From: Minisyncoccota bacterium
Lineage (GTDB): Bacteria; Patescibacteriota; Minisyncoccia; Phycocordibacterales; UBA9973
Assembly: GCA_041663185.1 (NCBI GenBank)
Contig: JBAZQY010000002.1
Location: 10,629 to 74,628 of the forward strand
Reading direction: 5' to 3'
Length of the DNA stretch: 64,000 nucleotides
A program made the position numbers and the translations under genes. The notes beneath the pieces were generated by a model. That model did not search any database and was not told the origin of the DNA. It saw only the letters and a list, made by a program, of their open reading frames with translations. This document shows positions 1 through 8,968 of the stretch, in pieces. Every line of letters starts with the position of its first letter. Positions within the stretch are counted from its first letter, which is position 1.

Positions 1-1
1 T

Positions 2-889
2 TCAGCTGAAATAATATACTTAGCAACAAAAGGATACTTGAAAGTCAGACAAATTGATTGTGATCAGGCGAACTTTCTATGTTTAATTTCTAAAAAAGAT
101 TACGAATTAACTCTTTTGAAAGAAAGAGGTTTACTAGAAAATGATTTTGATCGGAAGATTGTTACAACTTTATTTGGCGAAAAGGGGAAAGTAGGAGGAG
201 TCATCAAACTATCTGGACTGAAGAAGGGTTTTTATAAATCAATCCCCCATATTAATGATAGTGTAATAGATAATTTATTGAGTAAAAAGTATTACAAAAA
301 TTTTCCAAAATTTAGTAAAAACATAATTGGTATAATTTTTGCTGTTTTGATTACTGGTGTGTTTATAATTATTGATAATTCTGATTCGGTGAGTGATTTT
401 CTTAGAAAAAATTTTAGTTTCGATAATATAATAACAATATTTATATTTGTTTTTTCAATAATTGTTTCTGTAATTATTTTAATGGTTTTCAGACGTCTAA
501 TGCCCGCCAAATCTAAAAAAGGAGTTTTGACCAAGGAATACCTTCTAGGCTTAAAAAAATATCTTGAAATTGCTGAAAAAGATCGACTGAATTTTCATAA
601 TGCTCCAGATAAAAAACCAGAAATATTTGAGAAGTTACTTCCTTATGCGATGGTTTTTGGGGTAGAAGAACTTTGGGCTAAAGAATTTAAAGATATCTAT
701 GTTAATCCGCCTGAATGGTATGAAGGTCCACTTGGTGGTTTCAGCTCTGTTTCTTTTGGACACGAAATGATAATGTTTAACGCCCTTGCTTCAAATTCAA
801 TTTCAACAACACCAAATGGAGGCAGTGGTTCGTTTGGTGGTGGATTCTCAGGCGGAGGTGGGGGTGGCGGAGGAGGGGGAAGTTGGTAA
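2..889 (+). CDS. DUF2207-like membrane protein, 5'-truncated by window edge; Gly-rich C-terminal tail
   Basis: Frame is open back to the window start (listed ORF begins at TTG 38). Internal TM segment, then EELWAKEFKD...PPEWYEG and a terminal GGSGSFGGGFSGGGGGGGGGG run typical of DUF2207 proteins. Confidence 0.5.
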   Translation, partial: SAEIIYLATKGYLKVRQIDCDQANFLCLISKKDYELTLLKERGLLENDFDRKIVTTLFGEKGKVGGVIKLSGLKKGFYKSIPHINDSVIDNLLSKKYYKNFPKFSKNIIGIIFAVLITGVFIIIDNSDSVSDFLRKNFSFDNIITIFIFVFSIIVSVIILMVFRRLMPAKSKKGVLTKEYLLGLKKYLEIAEKDRLNFHNAPDKKPEIFEKLLPYAMVFGVEELWAKEFKDIYVNPPEWYEGPLGGFSSVSFGHEMIMFNALASNSISTTPNGGSGSFGGGFSGGGGGGGGGGSW

Positions 890-933
890 TTTTGTATTTT
901 TAATAAAGTCATAATTATAGTAGAATTAGTCTT

Positions 934-1395
934 ATGAAGAATAAGAAAACAGCCAGAATTATAGTTATCATCTTAATTGCTATCGCGGTTGTTTTTTTGG
1001 GGTGGCAATTTTCTAAAAATAGCTTTAAAAATAATAACGAAAACATAATACCGAATATTAAAATATTGGGTAATGCCAGTGATTTAGTTTCTTTTTCTAT
1101 TAGTCCAGGCCAAGAAGTAAGTGGAATTCTGACGGCGACTGGATCAGTCCGAGGAGCATACTTTTTTGAAGCCAATATACAAGTAAACATTTTAGATTCA
1201 GATAAAAAAGTTCTAAGAGCTGGTTATGGAAATGCAAAAACTGACTGGATGACAAGTGAGCCAGTTGGTTTTGAAACAATTCTTGATTTTACTAAACTTC
1301 CCAAGGGCCCTGCTTATATAGAAATTCATAATGACAACGCTTCGGGATTACCAGAAAATGATAAAAATATTTTAATTCCGATTATTATTAAATAA
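934..1395 (+). CDS. membrane-anchored Gmad2 (Ig-like, spore-germination-type) domain protein
   Basis: N-terminal TM helix. ISPGQEVSG...TGSVRGAYFFEANIQVNILDSDKKVLRAGYGNAKTDW pattern matches the Gmad2 domain consensus. Confidence 0.5.
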   Translation: MKNKKTARIIVIILIAIAVVFLGWQFSKNSFKNNNENIIPNIKILGNASDLVSFSISPGQEVSGILTATGSVRGAYFFEANIQVNILDSDKKVLRAGYGNAKTDWMTSEPVGFETILDFTKLPKGPAYIEIHNDNASGLPENDKNILIPIIIK

Positions 1396-1396
1396 T

Positions 1397-2287
1397 ATGG
1401 CGACACTTTATACTCACCAAGGACAAAATGTTCGTAGGACATGGATGCTCATGAGCATCTTTCTGATTATTGTGATCGGGCTTGGTTTTGTCTTTGCTCG
1501 AATGTATAACAATCCGACAATTCTTTATTTCTTTGTTATTTTTTCTGTGGTGATGAATATTGTCGGTTATTGGTATTCAGATAAAATTGCTTTGAAAATG
1601 GCAGGGGCTCATCCTGCAACCCGCGAAAAATATTTTGACTTTTATACAATTGTTGAGAATTTAGCAATTACTGCTGGGCTTCCAATGCCGAAAATTTATG
1701 TGATTGAAGATCCATCTCCGAATGCTTTTGCAACTGGGCGCGACAAGAATCATGCCGTCGTTGCCGTGACAACCGGGCTTCTTTCTATTATGAATAAAAC
1801 TGAATTAGAAGGAGTCATTGCACACGAAATGAGTCACATTGGTAATCGTGATATGTTGGTCTCGACTGTCGCTGTTGTTCTCGTCGGTTTTGTTTCAATA
1901 GTTTCTGATATGATTATTCGCATGACAATTTTTGGAGGAGACCGGGATAATGATAGGGGTGGGGGAATATTTATGATTGTTGGAATAATACTTTCAATTT
2001 TGGCACCAATTTTAGCGACTCTTATTCAACTCGCGATTTCACGCAAGCGTGAATATTTAGCCGATGCTTCAGGGTCATTACTTACTCGCTACCCAGAAGG
2101 GCTTGCTTCGGCCTTAGAAAAAATTAGTCAATACGGCAGACCAATGAAAAAGCAATCAAGTGCTATTGCTCATTTGTATATTGCCAATCCTCTTGGCTCC
2201 GGAAAATTTACCAAGAAAGTTGGAAGTTTGTTTTCAACCCACCCTCCGGTGGAAGATAGAATAAAAAAATTACGAGAAAGTTTATAG
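1397..2287 (+). CDS. htpX: HtpX-family M48 zinc metalloprotease
   Basis: HEMSHIGNRD HExxH motif between TM helices. N-terminal TMs and 296-aa length typical of HtpX. Confidence 0.85.
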   Translation: MATLYTHQGQNVRRTWMLMSIFLIIVIGLGFVFARMYNNPTILYFFVIFSVVMNIVGYWYSDKIALKMAGAHPATREKYFDFYTIVENLAITAGLPMPKIYVIEDPSPNAFATGRDKNHAVVAVTTGLLSIMNKTELEGVIAHEMSHIGNRDMLVSTVAVVLVGFVSIVSDMIIRMTIFGGDRDNDRGGGIFMIVGIILSILAPILATLIQLAISRKREYLADASGSLLTRYPEGLASALEKISQYGRPMKKQSSAIAHLYIANPLGSGKFTKKVGSLFSTHPPVEDRIKKLRESL

Positions 2288-2443
2288 TATTAGACTATAT
2301 TTTATAATAAAAAATAGTAGATAAAAAGCTAAATTTTTAGTATCATACAACCCAGATGTTCTTTTTAGAACACGGGTCTTTTTTATTAGTGCCCGTGTGT
2401 ACTCCGACTATATCCATCTTAGATGGACAAAATGTCGGAGTAA

Positions 2444-2530
2444 GGAGAGATGCGTGAGTGGTTTAAACGGCAACCCTGGAAAGGTTGTGTATGAGAAATC
2501 GTACCGGGAGTTCGAATCTCCCTCTCTCCG
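2444..2530 (+). tRNA. tRNA-Ser (anticodon GGA), type II with long variable arm
   Basis: Hand-folded: acceptor GGAGAGA/TCTCTCC, 3-bp D stem, anticodon stem CAACC/GGTTG with loop CTGGAAA (U33-GGA-A37), long variable arm, T arm GGGAG-TTCGAAT-CTCCC, discriminator G. CCA is not encoded. Confidence 0.8.
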
Positions 2531-2575
2531 CTATTGACAGTACTGGTAACATTATTTTTTTGTTATAATAACTAT

Positions 2576-3184
2576 ATGAAAATATTACTTGCTACAAATA
2601 ATAAAGCTAAAATAGAAAGATTTAAAAGATTAATAAAAGTCATTGATTCAAATATTGAATTACTGTCTCCTTCTGAATTAGGAATTGAAATAATTAATAT
2701 AGAAGAAAATGGTAATACACTTATGGAAAATGCAGAATTAAAAGCGAGAGCATATTTAGGGAAAGTTGATTTTCCAATTTTATCCAATGACACAGGGTTT
2801 TATGTAGAAGGTGAAGGATTTATTGATGCCCCAAAAAGAAAAGCATTGGAGGGGTTAGATGAAAATAATTTATCCGAAGAAGAAATATCAAAAAAACTTT
2901 TAAATTTCTGGAAAGACATTGCAAGTAAATATGGTGGAAAAGTTGATGCAGCTTGGGTAGAAGCTTTTATTCTTTTATTGCCAAATGGAGAAGTAAAAAA
3001 ATCTGAATCAAGAAGAGAGGTAATTTTAACTAATCAAGAATTTGGAACCCCTCATATTAATTTTCCAGTTAGAGCTTTGTATTATTCTAAAATAACAAAC
3101 AAACCAGCTGTTTTACATACAGAAGAAGATGAAATTGTAGAATTAAAACCTGCTATAGATGCTATTTCTAAAATTTTAAAATAA
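2576..3184 (+). CDS. RdgB/Ham1-family non-canonical purine NTP pyrophosphatase (divergent)
   Basis: MKILLATNNKAKIERF and EENGNTLMENAELKARAYLGKVDFPILSNDTGFYVEG align to RdgB N-terminal motifs (LATGNxGK; EETGxTFxENAxLKAR; DDSGLxV). Start moved to ATG 2576, behind TATAAT 2566..2571, because the listed start abuts the tRNA. Confidence 0.55.
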   Translation: MKILLATNNKAKIERFKRLIKVIDSNIELLSPSELGIEIINIEENGNTLMENAELKARAYLGKVDFPILSNDTGFYVEGEGFIDAPKRKALEGLDENNLSEEEISKKLLNFWKDIASKYGGKVDAAWVEAFILLLPNGEVKKSESRREVILTNQEFGTPHINFPVRALYYSKITNKPAVLHTEEDEIVELKPAIDAISKILK

Positions 3185-3275
3185 ATCATTATTTATCCAT
3201 AAAAACAGTTCCAACAGCGACCCATACTGTCCGCCCAAATTCGGAATTAAAATTAATAGGTGTTATAATTAACCT

Positions 3276-3962
3276 ATGGAAAACATAAAAAATAACAAGT
3301 TTATATTTATTAGTTTGGCAATTATCGCATTTTCTTTATTAATTTCTGTAGCATTTTTTATTTCAGCTAAAGATTTTTCAAAACAGGGGTCATATGTTGA
3401 AGTCAAAGGTTTATCGGAAAAAATTGTTAAGGCTGATACAGCGATTTGGTCTATGAGTTTTGAGGTCAAGTCAAATAACATTGATACTTTATATGCTGAT
3501 ATCGAAAAGAATATTACAACCATTAAAGCCTTTTTAGTTGAAAAGGGTTTTGAGGCTTCCGAGGTTAATGTTGCACCGGTAAACATTTATCAAGAGACAT
3601 ACAAAGATGCAGCCTTCCGATATAATTCAACTAATCAAGTTTCCGTTTATACAAAAAAAGTTGACCTAGCCAAAGCTACATCAAACGAGACATTACTCTT
3701 GGTTAAAAAGGGAGTTGTTTTGAATCAAAATTATATTTCCTTTGAGTTCTCAGATATAAACAGTATTAAGCCGGAGATGTTGGCTGACGCAATTAAAAAT
3801 GCTCGCGATACGGCCTCGCAATTTGCAAATAATTCAGGTTCCTCTGTTGGCCAAGTAACTCGTGGTAATCAAGGTGTTTTTGATATAACAGACAAAGATC
3901 CTGGTTCACCTGAATATAAAAAAATTCGCCTTGTTTCAACTCTCCGTTTCTTATTAAAGTAA
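3276..3962 (+). CDS. SIMPL/DUF541-domain protein (periplasmic immunogenic protein family)
   Basis: N-terminal TM anchor, then a domain with the SIMPL-like pattern (VEVKGLSEKIVKADTAIWSMSFEV...NITTIKAFLVEKGF). Confidence 0.5.
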   Translation: MENIKNNKFIFISLAIIAFSLLISVAFFISAKDFSKQGSYVEVKGLSEKIVKADTAIWSMSFEVKSNNIDTLYADIEKNITTIKAFLVEKGFEASEVNVAPVNIYQETYKDAAFRYNSTNQVSVYTKKVDLAKATSNETLLLVKKGVVLNQNYISFEFSDINSIKPEMLADAIKNARDTASQFANNSGSSVGQVTRGNQGVFDITDKDPGSPEYKKIRLVSTLRFLLK

Positions 3963-4108
3963 AAATCTAAACGAAATTACTAGGTCTTGCCTAGCCAAAC
4001 CAGATTTGTAATTCACAAAATTATCGTTAAAATACCACTACCATTAAAGAGTGAAGTAGACTATGGGTTTAAGAAAAATAAGAAAAACCATAAATAATCT
4101 AGTAAAAC

Positions 4109-5029
4109 CTATTTTAACAGCTCCTCTTGTTTTTTATGTGACGCTATAATAGCTTTTGTCACCTTATTCTTTCTAAACTGAGCTACTGTATCAATCAAAT
4201 TATCACTAACCTTAACATTAATTTTTGTAAAATTATTGTAATAAATTTCTATATTGTTTGGTAGAGTGTTTTCAAAAAAATTTATGATTTGATCATTACT
4301 TAAGTTTTTCCCATTAGCTTTTTCGTTTAAGAATTGAAGTTGATCATTGTATTTTAGTTTATAAAAATCTTCTTTTGCCTCATTAATATCATCAACTGTT
4401 TCTTTTATTTCTTCTGGTAAGTATGTTTTGTATAAACTAAGTCCCAACATTGAAAGCCCCTTAAAAACAGGGAACAGTATGCCTGGTATTTTTTTTGCAA
4501 TCACGATAGGAAATTTGCTTTCTTTTTGGGCTTTTTGTATAAATAGGAATAATTCAGAATCGGGGAATATCCATTCTCCATTTTTAAATAAGATGGTTAT
4601 GGGAATATCATTAAATTCTGCTTCTATCACAAAAGGGTGGCTTGAAATTAGTTTCACTTTTTCGAGATATCTTTTAAAGATCTTAATAATCAAATTTAAG
4701 GTTTTTTCTGAACTGCGGTTTTTTATTAAATAATCATTTACTTTTATCTTTTTATCTTTAATTTGTTTTATTCCAGGGATGTTCTGGTAACGAAGATCAA
4801 TAAATAGTTTTTCATCAGTAAGTTTTTTTATTATACGTGGGTCTATGCGTAAATTACCTGGACCAGTCTCACTGAATAAATAATATAATTCTGTTTCTGT
4901 TATAACTTTTGCTTTTGATCTTAAGTTTTCTAGTCTGTATTCAAAATAAATAGCCATTTCATTTATAGAAAGGGAAGATAAGGGTTGTTTGTTCAGTTTA
5001 TCTTTTACTTGTTTTAGTTCTTTTTTCAT
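4109..5029 (-). CDS. hypothetical protein (306 aa), no recognisable domain
   Basis: Long uninterrupted ORF with coding-like composition. Divergently oriented from the AbiE pair across a palindrome-rich intergenic region. Confidence 0.4.
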   Translation of the reverse strand: MKKELKQVKDKLNKQPLSSLSINEMAIYFEYRLENLRSKAKVITETELYYLFSETGPGNLRIDPRIIKKLTDEKLFIDLRYQNIPGIKQIKDKKIKVNDYLIKNRSSEKTLNLIIKIFKRYLEKVKLISSHPFVIEAEFNDIPITILFKNGEWIFPDSELFLFIQKAQKESKFPIVIAKKIPGILFPVFKGLSMLGLSLYKTYLPEEIKETVDDINEAKEDFYKLKYNDQLQFLNEKANGKNLSNDQIINFFENTLPNNIEIYYNNFTKINVKVSDNLIDTVAQFRKNKVTKAIIASHKKQEELLK

Positions 5030-5084
5030 ATAATTCTGATGTATATATAATATTATATATACACTCGAATTACAACAAATAAAC

Positions 5085-5108
5085 GTCCTTTATAATATTA
5101 TAAAGGAC
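5085..5108. promoter_or_regulatory. perfect 24-bp palindrome GTCCTTTATAATATTATAAAGGAC
   Basis: Read directly. Contains TATAAT on both strands. Lies in the 5' region of the minus-strand gene 4109..5029. Confidence 0.5.
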
Positions 5109-5118
5109 GAAAACACAA

Positions 5119-5140
5119 AGGCTTATAATATTATAAGCCT
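5119..5140. promoter_or_regulatory. perfect 22-bp palindrome AGGCTTATAATATTATAAGCCT (same TTATAATATTATAA core as 5085..5108)
   Basis: Read directly. Second copy of the same core, 10 bp downstream of the first. Confidence 0.5.
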
Positions 5141-5184
5141 TGCCTAATAATAACTAATTTAGTTATTCAGAGTTTATTTTGTCT

Positions 5185-5263
5185 AAATGCAACAAACAAC
5201 ATTTTAATAAAGTATATAAAATTATATACTTTGTCACGTATTAAAATGTTGTTTGTTGCATTT
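5185..5263. promoter_or_regulatory. 25-bp perfect inverted repeat (AAATGCAACAAACAACATTTTAATA / TATTAAAATGTTGTTTGTTGCATTT) enclosing an inner 9-bp-arm palindrome AGTATATAA-aa-TTATATACT; candidate AbiEi operator
   Basis: Read directly. Ends 60 bp upstream of the AbiEi-like start at 5326. Confidence 0.5.
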
Positions 5264-5325
5264 TCAGGCCATTTGTACTATTATTGTGACTGTAGGTCCC
5301 TTTAAAGGGGACATACAGTACATAT

Positions 5326-5931
5326 ATGGAAAATAAGCCAATAAAAGGAGAATATTTAGAGGTCTTGTTGAGATCTTCCAAAACCATCTTTTCATCAAAA
5401 GATGTTGCTTTAATGTGGGGAGAAGAGAAAGAAAATATAATAAAAAACAGGTTAAATAAGTATGTTAAATCTGGTAAATTATTTAAGGTCCGTCGCGGAT
5501 TATTTGCCAAAGATAAAAATTATAATCGTTTTGAATTAGCGACCAGGATTAATACACCCTCATATATTAGTTTTGAAACTGTCTTAGGCGAAGCCGGTAT
5601 GACCTTCCAACATTATGGGAATATTTTTGTTGCCTCGTATATTAATAGAGAAATGGAAGTTGATGGTCAAAAAATAACATTTGTTAGAATGAAAGATTAT
5701 GTCTTAAGTAATACTATTGGGATTGGAAATGAAAATGGATATGCTAAAGCAACCAAAGAGCGTGCATTTTTGGATCGTATGTACGTAAATAAAGATTATT
5801 ATTTTGATAATTTAAGTCCCTTGGATTGGGATAAGGTGTTTGAGATTTTACCAATTTATCATAACAAAAGTATGGTAAGTAAAGTCAAAAAACAGTATGA
5901 TAATTTTAATAATAAGTTAAATAAAAAATAA
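5326..5931 (+). CDS. AbiEi-like antitoxin/transcriptional regulator (type IV toxin-antitoxin system)
   Basis: 201-aa protein immediately upstream of, and translationally coupled to (1-nt gap), an AbiEii-type nucleotidyltransferase. Assignment is mainly by context. Confidence 0.45.
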   Translation: MENKPIKGEYLEVLLRSSKTIFSSKDVALMWGEEKENIIKNRLNKYVKSGKLFKVRRGLFAKDKNYNRFELATRINTPSYISFETVLGEAGMTFQHYGNIFVASYINREMEVDGQKITFVRMKDYVLSNTIGIGNENGYAKATKERAFLDRMYVNKDYYFDNLSPLDWDKVFEILPIYHNKSMVSKVKKQYDNFNNKLNKK

Positions 5932-5932
5932 A

Positions 5933-6628
5933 ATGACCTTAGATTACTCAAAACATAAAAATATAATGCTCCAAATATTGAAGGATATCTACTCCGATAC
6001 TTCTATTGCACCTTATCTTGGATTTAAGGGGGGCACTGCTGCACTTTTATTTTATGATTTAAATCGTAATTCTGTGGATCTTGATTTTGACTTATTGGAT
6101 GATAAAAAGGAAGAAGAAGTATTTAATAAAATTGGGAAGATTACTGAAAGTTATGGAACTATTACAGAATCAAAAATAAAACATTTCAACTTACTTAATG
6201 TTATTTCATATAAGAAAGGAGCCCAACAAATAAAAGTAGAAATAAATCGCAGGCAATTTGGTTCACGATATGAAATCAGGACATTGCTTGGTATTTCAAT
6301 GCTTGTAATGGTTAAAGAAGATATGTTTGCCCATAAGCTTATGGCAATGTATGAAAGAATCGAAAAAACTAGCCGAGATATTTTTGATGTTTATTTTTTC
6401 TTTAAAAATAATTGGGAGATAAATAAAAAGATAGTAGAAGAAAGATCAGGGATGTCATTCAAAGAAACTTTGATCAAGTGTATCGAAAAACTTGAAAAAA
6501 TGGATAACAAGCATATTTTAGATGGTCTTGGAGAATTAATATCTTCATCTCAAAAGGATTGGGCCCGTGAGAAACTTAAAGACGAAACCATATTTTTATT
6601 AAAATTAAATCTTGATACTGAAAAATAA
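5933..6628 (+). CDS. AbiEii/AbiGii-family nucleotidyltransferase toxin (DUF1814)
   Basis: N-terminal LGFKGGTAALLFYDLNRNSVDLDFDL matches the hallmark GGTAL...R.S.DLDF motif of AbiEii/DUF1814 nucleotidyltransferases. Confidence 0.65.
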   Translation: MTLDYSKHKNIMLQILKDIYSDTSIAPYLGFKGGTAALLFYDLNRNSVDLDFDLLDDKKEEEVFNKIGKITESYGTITESKIKHFNLLNVISYKKGAQQIKVEINRRQFGSRYEIRTLLGISMLVMVKEDMFAHKLMAMYERIEKTSRDIFDVYFFFKNNWEINKKIVEERSGMSFKETLIKCIEKLEKMDNKHILDGLGELISSSQKDWAREKLKDETIFLLKLNLDTEK

Positions 6629-6735
6629 GATTAATTTATCTTATTTTCTCCTTTTTTAATATGATTGCCAGTTATCTAAACTTAGGTGTTTTAGGAAATC
6701 CCTAATTTTGTTTTGTAGATGCTATTTTTGATTTA

Positions 6736-6744
6736 TGCTATAAT
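6736..6744 (+). promoter_or_regulatory. extended -10 element TGCTATAAT upstream of the sufS-like gene
   Basis: TGnTATAAT match 16 nt upstream of ATG 6760. Confidence 0.3.
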
Positions 6745-6759
6745 CTGGAGACATTATTT

Positions 6760-7968
6760 ATGTTAAATATTGAAAAAATAAGGGCGGATTTTGATATATT
6801 GAGTAAAAAAGACGGAGAAAGACCGATATATCTTGATAGTGCTTGCATGAGCTTAAAACCAAATAAAGTAGTGGAAGCGATGAATGACTATTATACAAAT
6901 TATCCAGCTTGTGCTGGTCGGAGTTCTCATAAACTTGGAGACAAGGTGACAAAAAAAGTAAAAGAAGCAAGGCAACTTGTGGCGAAGTTTATAAATGCAA
7001 AGAATGAGAATGAAATAATTTTTACCAGAAATACAACAGAAGGAATAAATCTACTCGCGAACTCCTTGGGGCTTGTAAAAGGGGATATTGTTTTAATTAC
7101 AGACAAAGAACATAATTCGAATCTTGTTCCTTGGCTAGTATTGCGAGATAAAATTGGAATTGTTGTAAAAATAATTCCTTCCAACGATGATGGAACTTTT
7201 AATCTAGATAATTTTTCTAAATTAATTTCCGGTGTTAAATTGGTTTCAGTTGTTCATACTTCAAATCTAGATGGTGTGACAAATCCGGCTAAAGAAATTA
7301 TTGAAATTGCTCACAAAAATAATGCTTTAGTTTTCTTAGATGTTGCCCAGAGTATTCCGCACCAGAAGATTGATGTCCAATATTTAGATGTAGATTATTT
7401 AGCTTTCTCTGGACATAAAATGTTGGGACCAACAGGCACTGGAGTATTTTATGGAAAATACAAATTACTAGAGAAACTTGGATCGTTTATGACTGGCGGA
7501 GATACGGTTTTGTATTCGACATACGATGATTATAAATTTTTACCCGTACCGGAAAAGTTCGAGGCAGGGTTACAAGATTATGCTGGAATTATTGGGCTAG
7601 GGGAGGCAGTTAAATATTTGAGTCAATTTGATTATCAGGATATCGCCCGTCATGAACTTGAATTGAATGATTACATTACAAAAGAATTACAGAAAATTCC
7701 GCAAATAAAAATTATCGGGCCAGATGAAGCAGAAAAAAGATCCGGGATTATTAATTTCTACATTGAAGGAGTGGATATGCATAAGTTTGCAATTATGCTC
7801 GATGAGATGGCTGGCATCGCGATTCGCTCGGGGCAACATTGTGTCCACTCATGGTTTAATAGTAAAAAGATTTTAAATTCGGCTAGAGTTTCTTTATATT
7901 TATATAATACAAAAGAAGAAGTAGAGATATTTATTACAAACTTAAATAAAATAATAAAAATAATATAA
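6760..7968 (+). CDS. sufS: cysteine desulfurase / class V aminotransferase (SufS/CsdA-like)
   Basis: PLP-lysine motif SGHKMLGPTGTGVFYGK and C-terminal RSGQHCVHSW active-site Cys region typical of SufS. Confidence 0.75.
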   Translation: MLNIEKIRADFDILSKKDGERPIYLDSACMSLKPNKVVEAMNDYYTNYPACAGRSSHKLGDKVTKKVKEARQLVAKFINAKNENEIIFTRNTTEGINLLANSLGLVKGDIVLITDKEHNSNLVPWLVLRDKIGIVVKIIPSNDDGTFNLDNFSKLISGVKLVSVVHTSNLDGVTNPAKEIIEIAHKNNALVFLDVAQSIPHQKIDVQYLDVDYLAFSGHKMLGPTGTGVFYGKYKLLEKLGSFMTGGDTVLYSTYDDYKFLPVPEKFEAGLQDYAGIIGLGEAVKYLSQFDYQDIARHELELNDYITKELQKIPQIKIIGPDEAEKRSGIINFYIEGVDMHKFAIMLDEMAGIAIRSGQHCVHSWFNSKKILNSARVSLYLYNTKEEVEIFITNLNKIIKII

Positions 7969-7971
7969 TTT

Positions 7972-8913
7972 ATGCCCTGTATAATTGCTTTAATTGTTTT
8001 TGGAATATTAGGAATATTTAGTGCTTCACATAGAGCTCTTGCTAGGGAGGCTTTTGATTGTGTATTTAGACGAATAACTTTTCGTCCATGTAATACTGGA
8101 TTTCAAGAGAAAATAAAAGGAAAGATTTTGTCACGATTAATTAAACGCTCCACCTGGCTTACTCGAGTGGTTAATAAAAATTATGAAATATTAGCGTGGA
8201 TATTTTTTATCTTGATGATTGGAAGCACCTTTTGGGTTCTTCGAGGTGGGTATAATTTCTATGTTTATGGGAGCTGTAATGGTTTAAATGAAAGTGGTTT
8301 TTGCGCTTTTGATCCAAGTGGAGAAAATAATAAAGTGACAACAATAGGAGAGGATGGGGCCTCTTGTGGAATTACTCAGCAATCTGAACAAACTGTCACC
8401 CTACAAGATATAGATTTATCTTCTTTCCCAACCAAACAAGTTGGCTCAAAAGACACGGTTGTCTTTATCGGTTGCTATGCGTGCGATTATTCAAGAAAAG
8501 CATATCCTGATATTTTGAAATTAATTGAAAAGAAAAAATCTAATTATATCTTTGCTCATTATCCAGCCAAGGGTGATACAACGTTTTTAGCTGAAGCGGG
8601 TTATTGTGTAAATAAAAATTATCCAGATAAATACTGGGATTTCAATGATTACCTATTTACTGCGGAAAAAGATTACATCTTGAATAAGGCAAATTTAAAT
8701 GAAATTCTTGGAAGCTTTAGCTTTGATGTTGAGAAAATAAATAAATGTACAAATGATATTCAAACAAAAACAGCGGTGGAAATGGATGTGCAGGAATTAA
8801 ATAAAACAAATCTTTATGGGACACCAACCATCTTCATCAATAATAAAGTTTTTGTTGGTCCGAAGCCGTATCGAGTTTATCGAAGTGCAATCAATAAATT
8901 TATCTTTTTCTAA
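7972..8913 (+). CDS. membrane-anchored DsbA-like thioredoxin-fold protein
   Basis: Two N-terminal TMs with paired Cys. C-terminal thioredoxin-like domain with CYAC redox motif. Confidence 0.5.
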   Translation: MPCIIALIVFGILGIFSASHRALAREAFDCVFRRITFRPCNTGFQEKIKGKILSRLIKRSTWLTRVVNKNYEILAWIFFILMIGSTFWVLRGGYNFYVYGSCNGLNESGFCAFDPSGENNKVTTIGEDGASCGITQQSEQTVTLQDIDLSSFPTKQVGSKDTVVFIGCYACDYSRKAYPDILKLIEKKKSNYIFAHYPAKGDTTFLAEAGYCVNKNYPDKYWDFNDYLFTAEKDYILNKANLNEILGSFSFDVEKINKCTNDIQTKTAVEMDVQELNKTNLYGTPTIFINNKVFVGPKPYRVYRSAINKFIFF

Positions 8914-8968
8914 TTATCGTAAATCACAAGAACTGATTTTTATCAGCTAATTTGTTATAATATTTACT

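Noticed and set aside
697-912. Minus-strand ORF with poly-proline run
   Set aside because: It is the antisense reading of the Gly-codon (GGN) run at the C-terminus of the DUF2207-like gene.
2534-2575. Upstream extension of the rdgB-like ORF starting at 2534
   Set aside because: It would start 3 nt after the tRNA-Ser 3' end and overlap the TATAAT element. The ATG at 2576 gives the conserved MKILLATNN N-terminus.
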